From: Pristiophorus japonicus
Taxonomy: Eukaryota
Reading direction: 5' to 3'
Assembly: GCF_044704955.1 (NCBI RefSeq)
Contig: NC_091991.1
Coordinates: 50,530,001 to 50,594,000 of the forward strand
Length of the DNA stretch: 64,000 bases
Below the pieces are notes generated by a model that saw nothing but the letters and a program-made list of their open reading frames with translations, ran no database searches and was not told the DNA's origin. Shown here piece after piece: positions 12,601-26,130 of this stretch. Both the position numbers and the translations under genes were made by a program. Within the stretch, counting starts at the first letter, position 1. Each line of letters opens with the position of its first letter.

Positions 12601-13349
12601 ATGAAGTTGACATTTAAGACAATCCAGCAGCTTTCAATGTTATTTTTTCCAGGTGCAACAAGCCCATGCGTTACCAAATTTATTGATTAAAATTACACAA
12701 CTTGCCTTGGTGGGATTTGAAATTGCAACTTCTGGCTTACTACTTCAATATCAAAACCACTAGACTACCATACCCTAGTTATGGAAAAGCCCCAGACGTT
12801 TTTTTTGGATGTTGGCAAGAAGCTGCAGCTAATATGAAGAGTGACGTCAGCAATCTGGTTCTACCTGTCCTCAACTGGTTTGGCAAATGAGCAGCTAAAT
12901 CATAGTAGAATAGGAAGTTCACATGTTCAATTGCCAGTCAGTGCTGAGTTAATTGGTCTCAACTGCAATAGTAATTGGGGTTTTACACTTGGCCTCCATC
13001 TCTTGGGCAAGAGATGGAACAACATCAAGCAAGATTACCACTCCTGATTAATATCTACTAGTTCCTGCTGGAAAGTGCATGCATATAAAATCAGGCAAAG
13101 ATAGGATCAGACCAGCTATGATGCCTTCAAATTTGAATAGCCTTCTGACATTCATTGTCTGGGCTCACACTTGAAAATTGGTCACCAGGATGATGCCTAT
13201 GGAAGCATATCACTCCATTCAGGAAGGGAGGAAGTTTAAAATAAATACCACAGATAAACTGAGGGGACTTTTATTTTATACACACCTAAATAAAATATTA
13301 AAAGGCGTGAGTGATTTATTTGGCAGATCACACAAGTACACCTTTGGGT

Positions 13350-13806
13350 GTTGAGTCCCATTAAATAAAATCTTGTTAATTTTAATGTTGTAAATAATTT
13401 GAGTGCTATAAACTCATTCTATGGAACAGTTTTACCCAGTCTGTTCATGCTGAGTAGAATGATACCCGACTTACTAAACTTTATATGACCATTGAATTTA
13501 TTTCTTCAATGGGCTACAATTACTCAGTAGCACCTGATGTTGAGATCATCAGACTAATGTCATGTGATTTGCTTTTATCTAAACACCTGTATCACCTTAG
13601 GTGAAAACAGGTCTAATGTGGCTTTGCTGTAATCAACCGAGATGAATAAAATTGTACTGCATCAATAACAAGGCAGTTAGTGAGGAATACAACCCAATAC
13701 CCTCTTATTCTTCAAAGAGCATGTAACTGGGTAAAACTGTTCCATACAATTTGAGAAATTATTTACAACATTGATAAACTAGATCATATTCAATGGGTCA
13801 CAAAAC
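13350..13806. mobile_element. Old MITE-like element with imperfect inverted arms of about 100 bp
   Basis: TATGGAACAGTTTTACCCAGT (~13420-13440) pairs with ACTGGGTAAAACTGTTCCATA (~13726-13746); AATGTTGTAAATAATTT pairs with AAATTATTTACAACATT. Confidence 0.6.
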
Positions 13807-16490
13807 TGACATTGAATATGAAGTTCCTGTTTCTTTTTGTTATTTTAGTTCCTTGTTCTATAGCATTGGCTTAGTCCTAAATTTGTCTTTAGTATGTTCC
13901 TAAAAGTTTTTTGTAATTGTATTTTGGCACTACATGTGACTTTATGGGTTCAAGGTGTGGGCATTATTATGTAATTGGATCAGTGTATGTCAGTAAACAT
14001 TACAACTATATGCCCCAGTGCCTGATATAGCCTTAACAGTTATGAGGAAATTCCCAGTGTGATGTGGAATTTTTTCAATATATTTCTCCATTTTTCCAGG
14101 ATGTTTCACCAGCTCACTCAAATGGACTCCCTTCACCTTTAAGCCTTTGCCTACAAAATAGCTGCGATTAAAAATAATTCATTCAATCTGAAGCACTTTG
14201 GGATGTCCTGCAGACACGAGAGAGTGCTACATAAGTGCAAATTCTTTTTTGACCTTGAGTATTTTCTGGCTATTTGATTGTGTTTGGGGGAGGGGATCAA
14301 AGGCCAAGTCCAAGCCCAATACTGTCCTCATGTGGTGTCCACACAATCATTTTTCAGCGGAGATCATTTTATAGTAATCAGAATAGGGAAGCTGAGATGT
14401 TTTCTCTACTTCCTGTAGCACTGTGGTAGTTGGCGACATGGTGGATTAGCACACTGTTGTTTCTTCAGGAACTGGCTTAGAATTCAGCCCAAGTTGATGG
14501 GATAAAAGTATCCTTTCTCTGCTGGCTGTAAAAGTCACTCTATCCAGTTCTTAATGAACATAAATCCACAGCACAACCCTCTCAATTGTTCAGTACAAAT
14601 TAGCACAAAACACAAAGATGACTGGTTTAAGAAATGGAAATTTCACAGTGCCTTCCTACAGCAATAGGGTTGCGGTTGAGACTTGATTGTGAAATAGCAC
14701 AAGTGTGAACCGGTGTCCTGGCTTTGCACTGTGCCTTGCCTGTTGATTGCTTTAGAAAAGCATTTGTGACAAACCTGCACTACCACAATGATTGTGGGTA
14801 CTGCAGATTGGTGGTTATTCAAATCTGAATTTATTCCCTGAAATTGAATGTGTAATGACTTACAGTTTGTAAAACTAGATGTTTGGTTGTTAGACCAGTT
14901 CAAGCGATCTGTAAATTAAAACAGAAAGCTGGAAATTCTCAGCAGGTCAGGCAGCAACTGTGGGGAAACAGAAGTTAGTTGATGTTTCAGGTTAATCTGA
15001 AAGCTGCTCTGTTTAATTGTTGCAGATTATTTAAGCACAAAGAGATAATGAGAAGGAGGAAACATTGTCACAACGATTCCACTTGTGCAGAATTATTTGC
15101 AGAAAAAAGTGTTAATGAGAAGCGATTTTAATGAGAAAAAATGCTGGCAATATAGAGCAATCAATATTTGAAAGAGAAAGATAAGATTAATGTTTTGTGT
15201 GTAACTCTCAATCAGAAGATTAATTCCCAAAGATAATGGGATTTGAAAAATGAGTACGCATGTGATCATAGTCAACAGTAAAATGCAAAGAAAACTACGA
15301 TGTAATCAGCAACAATAATTCATAAGGGATTTGAGTCATTTCCTTATACTTTTCACAGATGGACTCTAAAAATAACATTGATTGCTGTTTGTTTTAACAT
15401 TATCTCTGAATTTGCTTTTACACATTAATTACAGATTAATTTTTATTTATTTGTGATTAAAATCTCATTTCAAAATTGAAAATCACCCAAAAGAGGATTT
15501 TTTTTTAATGTGTCGGATTCCTATTGGGACATTCTCTTACAAATGTTATGCTGCTTACAGGAGCAGATTGGAACAAGTAGGCAACAATTTACTCACATCC
15601 TGCTTATTATACTGGACATGATTCAAAATTCAGAAGAAAACTGGACTCTCTGCAGACTCAGGCTGGTAGTGAGTTTGACTGGCCTCCATTTGCATTATGT
15701 ACAGTACATACAATACACTATACAATGAAAATGTTTCAAAAAATATATACAGCATTACAAATGTAACAAAGTAGTGTGAACTTTCACTCAAACATAATTT
15801 TCATGACAATGTGATCAGGGTTGCATCATCCTCCAGAAATATGCCTGTTTTTCAAATGGTCCCAGAGTGTTGATTGGAGGAAAATGAAAGGAGAAGGCCT
15901 ACTATCACATTTTCCACCCCTTCCCCATTTGTAATCATGCCAGCCGCTGCCCATTGCCTGCTTTGTTGCAAAATTACAACACGAAGCAGACTATTTTACT
16001 GCAGCAAATTCCCTTGTCAAAAAAGGATGAATTCACAGATGTTTCTATGAAGGACTTAATATTCCAGATCCCGAACTACATCTTGAAGGGTGGAAAATGC
16101 CTGTGCATGAATTTTTTTAATGTATGGTGGCTGTTGCACACCAGCCACCTCACGGGTTTGACAGAGCTAGGTCTTGGTCCAGTGGCAAAATTAACCGAGA
16201 TGACTGGAGACCTGCTCTGCTGCACGGACCGAGCGCACACATATCGCAGTGTGGGCTGGCCCGTGCTGTCCCAGGGCCCTCGCCTCTTCTGAGCCCCAAA
16301 CTCGCATCTCCCTGAGCCCCTGTTACTTCCATCTACAAACTCTTGCCTCTCCTTCGTCACTCCTGCTGTGCCTGCCCGCACTGCAGTCAGCGACCTGGCT
16401 TCACAGCCGTCGCCCTCCTGCAGCAGCACGCGCTGCTCCCTGCAGTGACATGCCGCCACACGCTGCTCCCTCAATTCCCTGTAACACAAT

Positions 16491-16738
16491 TGTCATGTAT
16501 CTTACATTATTATGCATAACTGTATCCTAACATGCTATACATGACTGTAATAAGATATGACCTGTAACAACCAGCAGACCTTACCACCAGGGGTGCACTT
16601 GCAAGAGACAGGTATATAAGGGCAGGTCTCAGGCAAGTACAGCATTTCAGAGCTGTGAAATAAAGGTGCAGGTCCAGAGTGACCTTGACTTCACTACATG
16701 CCTCGTGTGAATCTGTACTGAGGGGACAGGACTTTACA
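16491..16738 (+). repeat. 5' LTR of Gypsy C
   Basis: Direct repeat of 25527-25774; contains TATATAA and AATAAA. Confidence 0.95.
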
Positions 16739-19700
16739 GTGGCGACGGATTACGGGATTACAGAATCCACAGAATGGCGAACAACGGATCAGATGAAAAG
16801 TACAATGCGGGAGACAATTGGGAGGACTTTATAGAAAGGCTCCAGCAAAGCTTTGTAACCAAAGACTGGTTAGGCGACGATAAGGCAGACAAGAGAAGAG
16901 CCCATCTCATGACCAGCTGTGGCTCGAAAACATACGCTTTAATGAAGGATCTGTTGGCACCTGAGAAACCAGCAAGCAAGTCGTTTGAAGAATTGAGCAC
17001 ACTGGTAAGAGACCACCTGAAGCCAGCGAGCAGCCTACACATGGCCAGACATAGGTTCTACAACTACAGACGCTGTGTGGGCCAGAGCATACCCGACTTC
17101 GTGGCGGAACTTCGGAGGTTGGCTAGTTTATGTGAGTTCTCCGATGAACTGAGGAGAGAAATGCTGAGAGACTTTTTCATTGAAGGAATAGGCCATGCAG
17201 GCATATTCCGAAAGCTCATAGAGACCAAGAACCTGACCTTAGAGGCAGCAGCACTGGTTGCACAGACATTCTTGGTAGGGAAAGAAGAAACGAGGTTGAT
17301 TTACAATGCAGGTACGACAACTAACGAAATATCGGAACAAGAAGTTCACAGCACTAAACAAGCTGCTATCCCCACACACAGACAAAACCGGGAGAATAGG
17401 TTCTCGACAGCAGGCAGAAGCCATCAAGGGCCACAGGAACAGCCGTTCACACCTCATCAACCCACAATGTGAGCAATCAACTACAAACTGAGAGAAGCTC
17501 AAGAGAGATCAGCCAGACGCAGCTCATTCTTTGGAAACTCTTTGAACAATGGAACAGGTCTGTGCTGGAGGTGTGGGGGTGGGCACTCGGCAAGGGGATG
17601 TCGATTTCAGCAGGCTGTTTGCAGAAATTGTGAATATACAGGGCATTTGGCCCGCATGTGCAAAAAAACGGCAGCTCGGCTGGTATTCGAATCGGATGGG
17701 TCGGAAAGCGGACCAGAAGATGGTGGGGACAGTACCCGGGACACCGGTGTACAGCGGGTCAACACGATCAATGGCCGCTGCTCCTACAACAGGACGCCTC
17801 CTATAATGATGAGGGTCCTACTCAAAAGGATATCTGTCAACATGGAGCTGGATATGGGAGCGAGTCAATCTCTCATGGGCGCTCAACAATTTGAACAACT
17901 GTGGCTGCATAAAAGAGACAGACCAAAACTCACAAGGGTCGACACCACACTAAGGACCTATACCAAAGAAATCGTACCAGTCCTCGGCAGTGCCATGCTC
18001 TCTGTCACACACAAAGGGACAGTGAACCGACTTCCCCTGTGGATTGTCCCCGGAGACCCCCCAGCACTGCTGGGGAGAAGCTGGCTGGCAAAACTAAACT
18101 GGAAATGGGATGATGTCCATGCCATGTCATTAGAGGAACGGACCTCCTGCTCAACAGTTATAAAGCGATTTGAACATCTCTTTCAGCCAGGTGTGGGCAC
18201 TTTCAAAGGGGCCAAAGTCAAAATCTACATCACACAGGATGCTAGACCGGTCCATCACAAGGCCAGAGCTGTACCCTATGTGATGAGGGAAAAGATTGAA
18301 CACGAACTAGACAGGCTTCTGCGGGAAGGCATTATATCACCTGTGGAATTTAGCAACTGGGCAAGTCCCATCGTCCCAATCATGTAGCCTGATGGATCCG
18401 TATGAATCTGTGGGGACGACAAATCTACCATAAACAGAGTCTCCCTACAGGACCAGTACCCGCTGTCCAGAGCGGAAGACTTATTTGCCACATTGGCTGG
18501 AGGTAAACTTTTCTCAAAATTAGACCTCACATCTGCGTATATGACGCAAGAATTGACCGAGGAATCCAAGCTACTCACCACCATCAACACACATCGAGGC
18601 CTTTTCATGTACAATCGATGCCCATTCGGCATCAGGTCGGCAGCTGTCATATTCCAGCGCAACATGGAGAGTCTGCTCAAGTCCATCCCGGTTGGATCGG
18701 GTAGGCCTACGAGTCAAGAAATCCAAGTGCCTGTTTCTCGCACCCGAGGTTGAATTTTTGGGAAGAAGGATTGCCGATGATGGAATCCGCCCAACAGAGT
18801 CCAAAACAGAAGCAATTCACCTGGCACCCAGGCCCCGGAATGTCTCAGAACTGCGCGCCTTTCTCAGGCTACTCAATTACTTTGGGAACTTTATGCAGAA
18901 CTTAAGCACGCTGCTGGAGCCTCTCCACGTGCTACTCAGAAAGGGGTGCGATTGGTTTTGGGGGGACATAAGAACATAACATAAGAATTAGGAACAGGAG
19001 TAGGCCATCTAGCTCCTCGAGCCTGCTCCACCATTCAATAAGATCATGGCTGATCTGGTCGTGGACTCAGTTCCACTTACCCGCCCGCTCCCCGTAACCC
19101 TTAATTCCCTTATTGGTTAAAAATCTATCTAACTGTGACTTGAATACATTCAATGAGCTAGCCTCAACTGCTTCCTTGGGCAGAGAATTCCACAGATTCA
19201 CAACCCTCTGGGAGAAGAAATTCCTTCTCAACTCGGTTTTAAATTGGCTCCCCCCGTATTTTGAGGCTGTTCCCCCTAGTTCTAGTCTCCCCGACCATTG
19301 GAAACAACCTCTCCGCCTCTATCTTATCGATCCCTTTCATGATTTTAAATGTTTCTATAAGATCACCCCTCATCCTTCTGAACTCCAACGAGTAAAGACC
19401 CAGTCTACTCAATCTATCATCATAAGGTAACCCCCTCACCTCCGGAATCAGCCTAGTGAATCGTCTCTGTACCCCCTCCAAAGCCAGTATATCCTTCCTT
19501 AAGTAAGGTGACCAAAACTGCATGCAGTACTCCAGGTGCGGCCTTACCAATACCCTATACAATTGCAGCAGGACCTCCCTGCTTTTGTACTCCATCCCTC
19601 TCGCAATGAAGGCCAACATTCCATTCGCCTTCCTGATTACCTGCTGTACCTGCAAACTAACTTTTTGGGATTCATGCACAAGGACCCCCAAGTCCCTCTG

Positions 19701-22039
19701 CATCTCAGCATGTTGTAATTTCTATCCATTTAAATAATATTCCCTTTTACTGTTTTTTTTCCCAAGGTGGATGACCTCACACTTTCCGACATTGTATTCC
19801 ATCTGCCAAACCTTCGCCCATTTGCTTAACCTATCCAAATCTCTTTGCAGCCTCTCTGTGTCCTCTACACAACCCGCTTTCCCACTAATCTTAGTGTCAT
19901 CTGCAAATTTTGTTACACTACACTCTGTCCCCTCTTCCAGGTCATCTATGTATATTGTAAACAGTTGTGGTCTCAGCACCGGTCCCTGTGGCACACCACT
20001 AACCACCGATTTCCAACCCGAAAAGGACCCATTTATCCCGACTCTCTGCTTTCTGTTAGCCAGCCAGTTCTCTATCCATGTTAATACATTTCCTCTGACT
20101 CCGCGTACCTCTATCTTCTGCAGTAACCTTTTGTGTGGCACCTTATCGAATGCCTTTTGGAAATCCAAATGCACCATATCCATCGGTACACCTCTATCCA
20201 CCATGCTCGTTATATCCTCAAAGAATTCTAGTAAATTAGTTAAGCATGATTTCCCCTTCATGAATCCATGCTGCGTCTGCTTGATTGCACTATTCCTATC
20301 TAGATGTCCCGCTATTTCTTCCTTAATGATAGTTTCAAGCATTTTCCCCACTACAGATGTTAAACTAACCGGCCTATAGTCACCTGCCTTTTGTCTGCCC
20401 CCTTTTTTAAACAGAGGCGTTACATTAGCTGCTTTCCAATCCGCTGGTACCCCCCCAGAGTCCAGAGAATTTTGGTAGATTATAACGAATGCATCTGCTA
20501 TAACTTCCGCCATCTCTTTTAATACCCTAGGATGCATTTCATCAGGACCAGGGGACTTGTCTACCTTGAGCCCCATTAGCCTGTCCAGCACTACCCCCCT
20601 AGTGATAGTGATTGTCTCAAGGTCCTCTCTTCCCACATTCCCGTGACCAGCAATCTTTGGCATGGTTTTTGTGTCTTCCACTGTGAAGACCGAAGCAAAA
20701 TAATTGTTTAAGGTCTCAGCCATTTCCACATTTCTCATTATTAAATCCCCCTTCTCATCTTCTAAGGGACCAACATTTACTTTAGTCACTCTTTTCCATT
20801 TTATATATCTGTAAAAGCTTTTACTATCTGTCTTTATGTTTTGCGCAAGTTTACCTTCGACATCTATCTTTTCTTTCTTTATTGCTTTTTTAGTCATTCT
20901 TTGCTGTTGTTTAAAATTTTCCTAATCCTCTAGCTTCCCACTAACCTTGGCTACCTTATACGCATTGGTCTTTAATTTGATACTCTCCTTTATTTCCTTG
21001 GTTATCCATGGCTGGTTATCCCTTCTCTTACTGCCTTTCTTTTTCACTGGAATATATTTTTGTTGCGCACTATGAAAGAGCTCCTTAAAAGTCCTCCACT
21101 GTTCCTCAATTGTGCCACCGTTTAGTCTATGTTTCCAGTCTACTTTAGCCAACTCTGCCCTCATCCCACTGTAGTCCCCTTTGTTTAAGCATAGTACGCT
21201 CGTTTCTGACACAACTTCCTCACCCTCAATCTGTATTACAAATTCAACCATACTGTGATCACTCATTCCGAGAGGATCTTTTACTAGGAGATCGTGTATT
21301 TTTCCTGTCTCATTACACAGGACCAGATCTAAGATAGCTTGCTCCCTTGTAGGTTCTGTTACATACTGTTCTAAGAAACAATCCCGTATGCATTCTATGA
21401 ATTCCTCCTCCAGGCTACCCCGTGCGATTTGAGTTGACCAATCGATATGTAGGTTAAAATCCCCCATGACTACTGCCGTTCCTTTTTCACATGCCTCCAT
21501 TATTCCCTTGATTATTGCCCGCCCTACCGTGAAGTTATTATTTGGGGGCCTATAAACTCCGCCCACCAGTGACTTTTTCCCCTTACTATCTCTAATCTCC
21601 ACCCACAATGATTCAACATTTTGTTCATTAGAGCCAATATCGTCTCTCACAACTGCCCAGAAATCATCCTTTATTAACAGAGCTACCCCACCTCCTTTCC
21701 CTTCTTGTCTATCTTTCCGAATCGTCAGATACCCTTGTATGTTTAATTCCCAGTCTTGGCCACCCGGCAACCATGTTTCTGTAATGGCCACCAAATCATA
21801 CCCATTTGTAATGATTTGTGCCGTCAACTCATTTACTTTATTTCGAATGCTGCGTGCATTTAGGTAGAGTGTTTTAATCCTAGTTTTTAAACCATGCAGC
21901 CCCTTTATAGTCAGTGCCCTTTTTGTTCTTTGCCTTGGGTTTCTCTGCCCTCCACTTTTACTCATCTCTTTTCTGTCTTTTGCTTTTGTCTCCTTTTTGT
22001 TTCCCTCTCTCCCTGCATTGGTTCCCATCCCCTGCCATA

Positions 22040-22987
22040 TTAGTTTAACTCCTCCCCAACAGCACTAGCAAACACTCCCCCTGGGACATTGGTTCTGGTC
22101 CTGCCCAGGTGCAGACCGTCTAGTTTGTACTGGTCCCACCTCCCCCAGAACCTGTTCCAATGCCCCAGGAATTTGAATCCCTCCCTGCTGCACCACTGCT
22201 CAAGCCACGTATTCATCTGCGCTATCCTGCGATTCCTACTCTGACTAGCACGTGGCACTGGTAGCAATCCCGAGATTACTACTTTTGAGGTCCTACTTTT
22301 TAATTTAGCTTCTAGCTCCTTAAATTCGTCTCGTAGGACCTCATCCCTTTTTTTACCTATGTCGTTGGTACCAATGTGCACCACGACAACTGGCTGTTCT
22401 CCCTCCATTTTTAGAATGTCCTGCATCTGCTCTGAGACATCCTTGACCCTTGCACCAGGGAGGCAACATACCATTCTGAAGTCTCGGTTGCGGCCGCAGA
22501 AACGCCAATCTATTCCCCTTACAATTGAATCCCCTATCACTATCGCGCTCCCACTCTTTTTCCTGCCCTCTTGTGCAACAGAGCCAGCCACGGTGCCATG
22601 AACTTGGCTGCTGCTGCCCTCCCCTGATGAGTCATCCCCCTCAACAGTACTCAAAGCAGTGTATCTGTTTTGCAGGAGGATGACCGCAGGGAACCCCTGC
22701 ATTACCTTCCTTGCACTGCTCTTCCTGCTGGTCTTCCATTTCCTAGCTGGCTGTGGACCCTTCACCTGCGGTAAGACCAACTCGCTACACGTGCTACTCA
22801 CGTCATTCTCAGCATCGTGGATGCTCCAGAGTGAATCCACCCTCAGCTCCAATTCCGCAACGCGGTCCGTCAGGAGCTGGAGCCGGATACACTTCCCGCA
22901 CACATAGTCGTCAGGGACACTGGAAGTGTCCCTGAGTTCCCACATGGTACAGGAGGAGCATATCACTTGACCGAGCTCTCCTGCCAT
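22040..22987 (-). CDS. CR1 ORF1p (N-terminal zinc finger/leucine zipper plus SGNH esterase-like domain), 315 aa
   Basis: CSSCTMW...CGKC, heptad LQLLTDRVAELELRVDSL, IGDSIVR, HIGTND, DGLHL; uninterrupted ORF. Confidence 0.85.
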   Translation of the reverse strand: MAGELGQVICSSCTMWELRDTSSVPDDYVCGKCIRLQLLTDRVAELELRVDSLWSIHDAENDVSSTCSELVLPQVKGPQPARKWKTSRKSSARKVMQGFPAVILLQNRYTALSTVEGDDSSGEGSSSQVHGTVAGSVAQEGRKKSGSAIVIGDSIVRGIDWRFCGRNRDFRMVCCLPGARVKDVSEQMQDILKMEGEQPVVVVHIGTNDIGKKRDEVLRDEFKELEAKLKSRTSKVVISGLLPVPRASQSRNRRIAQMNTWLEQWCSREGFKFLGHWNRFWGRWDQYKLDGLHLGRTRTNVPGGVFASAVGEELN

Positions 22988-23175
22988 GACTTAACCCTTA
23001 GATATCCTTAAATTGGCAACAACAATGTTAAACGGTTCCTTACTGATATAAAAAATAAAAAGAATAGCTACTCACCAATCACCAGCCAATCACTTACCCC
23101 CTTGGCTGTGACGTCACCTTTTTATTTATTTCTACTTCTTTTTTGCCTTCTCTCCCCGCTGCAGCTGCATAAGTA

Positions 23176-23578
23176 CGCCTCTCGCTGCCGCTGGGCCTTT
23201 ATAGGCCTCACCAACCACGCACTCCCGCCTCTCGGACTGCCGCCGCCTCTCGCTGCCGCTGGGCCTTTATAGGCCTCACCAACCACGCACTCCCGCCTCT
23301 CGGACTGCCGCCGCCTCTCGCTGCCGCTGGGCCTTTATAGGCCTCACCAACCACGCACTCCCGCCTCTCGGACTGCCTCCGCATCTCGCTGCCGCTGGGC
23401 CTTTATAGGCATCACCAACCACGCACTCCCGCCTCTCGGACTGCCGCCGCCTCTCGCTGCCGCTGGGCCTTTATAGGCCTCACCAACCACGCACCCTCGC
23501 CTCTCGGACTGCCGCTGCCTCTCGCTGCCGCTGGGCCTTTATAGGCCTCACCAACCACGCACTCCCGCCTCTCGGACT
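23176..23578 (-). repeat. About 6 x 68-bp tandem repeat in the CR1 5'UTR
   Basis: CTCGCTGCCG recurs at 23181, 23249, 23317, 23385, 23453 and 23521. Confidence 0.95.
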
Positions 23579-25526
23579 CCAGGACGCCCAGGAACGCGCC
23601 TTCAATAAGGCACACAACCTTCTGTGTTCCAACTGTGTTTTGACTTTCTTTGACCCACGTAAAAAGCTAGTTCTCACATGCGATGCGTCAGCCTATGGGG
23701 TCGGGTGCGTTTTGCAACATGTCAATAGTGCGGCAAATTACAACCCATAGCTTATGCCTCCAGGTCACTTTCGCAGGCGGAGCACGGGTACAGAATGGTA
23801 GAGAAGGAGGCGTTTGCGTGCGTGTACGGTGTCAAAAAGATGCACCAATACCTTTTCGGGGCCAAGTTCGTGTTAGAAACCGACCACAAGCCCCTCACGT
23901 CCCTCCTATCCGAGAGCAGGGCAATAAACGGCAACGCCTCGGCGCGAATTCAACGGTGGGCACTCATGCTGGCGTCCTACGACTATACCATAAGGCACAG
24001 ACCAGGCACAGACAACTGTGCCGACACGTTCAGCGGGCTACCCCTGGTGACCAGGGAAGGGTCTGACGAACAGGACTGTGAGATAGTCATGGCAATCAAT
24101 GCCTTTGAGTCCACAGGTTTGCCCATGACGGCTCGCCAAATCAGAGTCTGGACGGCCAGCGACCCCACGTTATCCTTAGTAAAAAGATGAGTCCTAACCG
24201 GTGACTGGGCAGAGGCTCGCGATTCCTGCCCCGAGGAATTAAAACCCTTTCACAGGCGCATGCATGAGCTATCACTACAAGCAGACTGCCTGATGTGGGG
24301 CAGCCGAGTAGTCATGCCTCTGCGAGGCAGAGAGGCATTTGTCCGGGAGCTCCACCACGAGCACCAGGGGATCGTTCTCATGAAGGCCATAGCCAGATTC
24401 CACGTCTGGTGGCCTGGTATTGATGCGGACCTGGAGCTCTGCGTCCGAAGGTGCACCATTTGTGCCCAACTCAGCAATGCCCCCAGGGAGGCTCCACTGA
24501 GCCCCTGGCCCTGGCCTACCAAACCGTGGTCGCGGGTGCACGTAGACTATGCGGGCCCATTCATGGGCAAAATGTTCCTCGTAGTTGTAGATACATTTTC
24601 AAAGTGGATCGAATGCACCATTTTAAACTCGAGCACAACCTCCACCACTGTGGAGAACCTCGCAACCATGTTTGCAACGCACGGAATCCCTGACATATTG
24701 GTCAGTGACAATGGTCCGTGCTTCACCAGCGCAGAATTCCAAGACTTTATAATTGACCACGGCATAAATCACGTCAAGACGGCACCGTTCAAGCCGGCCT
24801 CCAACAGCCAGGCGGAGAGAGCAGTGCAAATCATTAAACAAGGCATGCTTAAAATCCAAAGTCCCACGCTGCAGGGTCGCCTGTCGCGACTGCTGCTGGC
24901 ATACAGATCTCGTCCGCACTCATTGACTGGGATCCCCCCCGTTGATGAAACTGTTGATGAAAAGGACTTTAAAAACAAGGCTCTCATTAATCCTCCCAGA
25001 CATGCACGAAATCGTTGAGGCAAAGCGCCGTAAGCTGACTGAGTACCATGACAGAAATTCGAGGGGGAGATGGAATGAGATAGGAGACAAAATGTTTGTA
25101 CTAAACTATGGCAGGGGTCCCAAATGGCTTGCAGGGACAGTAACGGGCAAGGAAGGAAACAGGCTACTGGTAGTACAAATGGACAATGGCAAAACCTGCC
25201 GGAGGCATGTCGACCAAGTCAAAAGCAGATTTACCAACAACATTGCGGAACCAGAGGCAGACTACAATGTGGAACTCGCACCACACCTGGTGGACAGACA
25301 GAGGGAACAACCTGAGGAAAGGGCAATCCCAACAGACAGCCCAGGCGAGTCAACAACAATCACACCAATTGAAACAGACAGCCCAGGGGAGATATCAGCA
25401 ACCACACCCAAAGAAAAACAGACACCAAGGCCAACAACTGAACCACAACTCAGACGCTCCACGCGAGAGCGTAGACCACCTGAGAGACTGAACCTATAAA
25501 GACAATAAGACCTTGTGGGAGGATGA

Positions 25527-25774
25527 TGTCATGTATCTTACATTATTATAAATAACTGTATCCTAACATGCTATACATGACTGTTATAAGATATGACCTG
25601 TAACCACCAGCATATCTTACCACCAGGGTTGCACTTGCAAGAGACAGGTATATAAGGGCAGGTCTCAGGCAAGTGCAGCATTGCAGAGCTGTGAAATAAA
25701 GGTGCAGGTCCAGAGTGACCTTGACTTCACTACATGCCTCGTGTGAATCTGTACTGAGGGGACAGGACTTTACA
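25527..25774 (+). repeat. 3' LTR of Gypsy C
   Basis: Direct repeat of 16491-16738, preceded by a PPT and followed by the TSD. Confidence 0.95.
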
Positions 25775-25904
25775 ACAATAATGACTGCAGCATTATATGG
25801 CTGATGTGACTGAGGTTTGGTGTTCATTATTTGTGAGGTAATGGAGCATTTCTTGAAACTTAAAGTTGAGGATGTTGATCCTGTTAAAAGAGCAAGTAGA
25901 GTCG

Positions 25905-26130
25905 GGTGAAAGAAAAATAGGAAATACAATCCCTCCAACTTGAACTCGAGATTCACATTTACTGGTTCTGACGAAAATCGTCCACCGCAATGTGTTGTTT
26001 GTGGTGAAGTATTTCCTCACGTTAGCACGCAACCAAGCAAACTAAAGTGCCACTTGGAGGACTAACCAGCCTGCCCTCAAAGATAAACCATGAGATCTTT
26101 TCAAACAAAAGCTGTTTCAATTGAGAGGAT
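25905..26130 (+). pseudogene. hAT (Charlie/Buster, ZBED5-like) transposase N-terminal BED-finger fossil
   Basis: Manual translation RKYNPSNLNSRFTFTGSDENRPPQCVVCGEVFPHVSTQPSKLKCHLE..PALKDKP resembles the Buster-type RKY..YL.FGFT...PQCV.C...L.N..L.PSKL.RHLE motif; frameshifted. Confidence 0.7.

Larger units (their letters stand above)
18968..23581 (-). mobile_element. Near full-length CR1 LINE (5'UTR, ORF1, ORF2) inserted in Gypsy C pol
   Basis: ORF1 22040-22987 is intact. ORF2 is in one frame from 22028 to 19239 with two in-frame stops (20922, 19722): APE (YLNARSIRN, ITETWL, MGDFN, SDHS) and RT (GVPQG, FADDTK). (TTCTTATG)-type 3' tail at 18968-18990. The Gypsy sequence WFWGD|AQERAF is split with GGAC on both sides. 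Confidence 0.95.
16491..25774 (+). mobile_element. Gypsy LTR retrotransposon C with both LTRs and a nested CR1
   Basis: 248-bp LTRs at 16491-16738 and 25527-25774 (TG...CA, 9 mismatches by eye); 5-bp TSD ACAAT (16486-16490, 25775-25779); PBS TGGCGACG at 16740; PPT at 25515-25526. Gag from 16774, protease/RT to 18967, RNase H from 23582, integrase 24260-25499 (RVHVDYAGPF, SDNGPCF, QAERAV). Confidence 0.97.

Noticed and set aside
23176-23578. Regularly spaced repeats resembling a CRISPR array
   Set aside because: Head-to-tail 68-bp units with no unique spacers, no cas genes and a eukaryotic LINE context.
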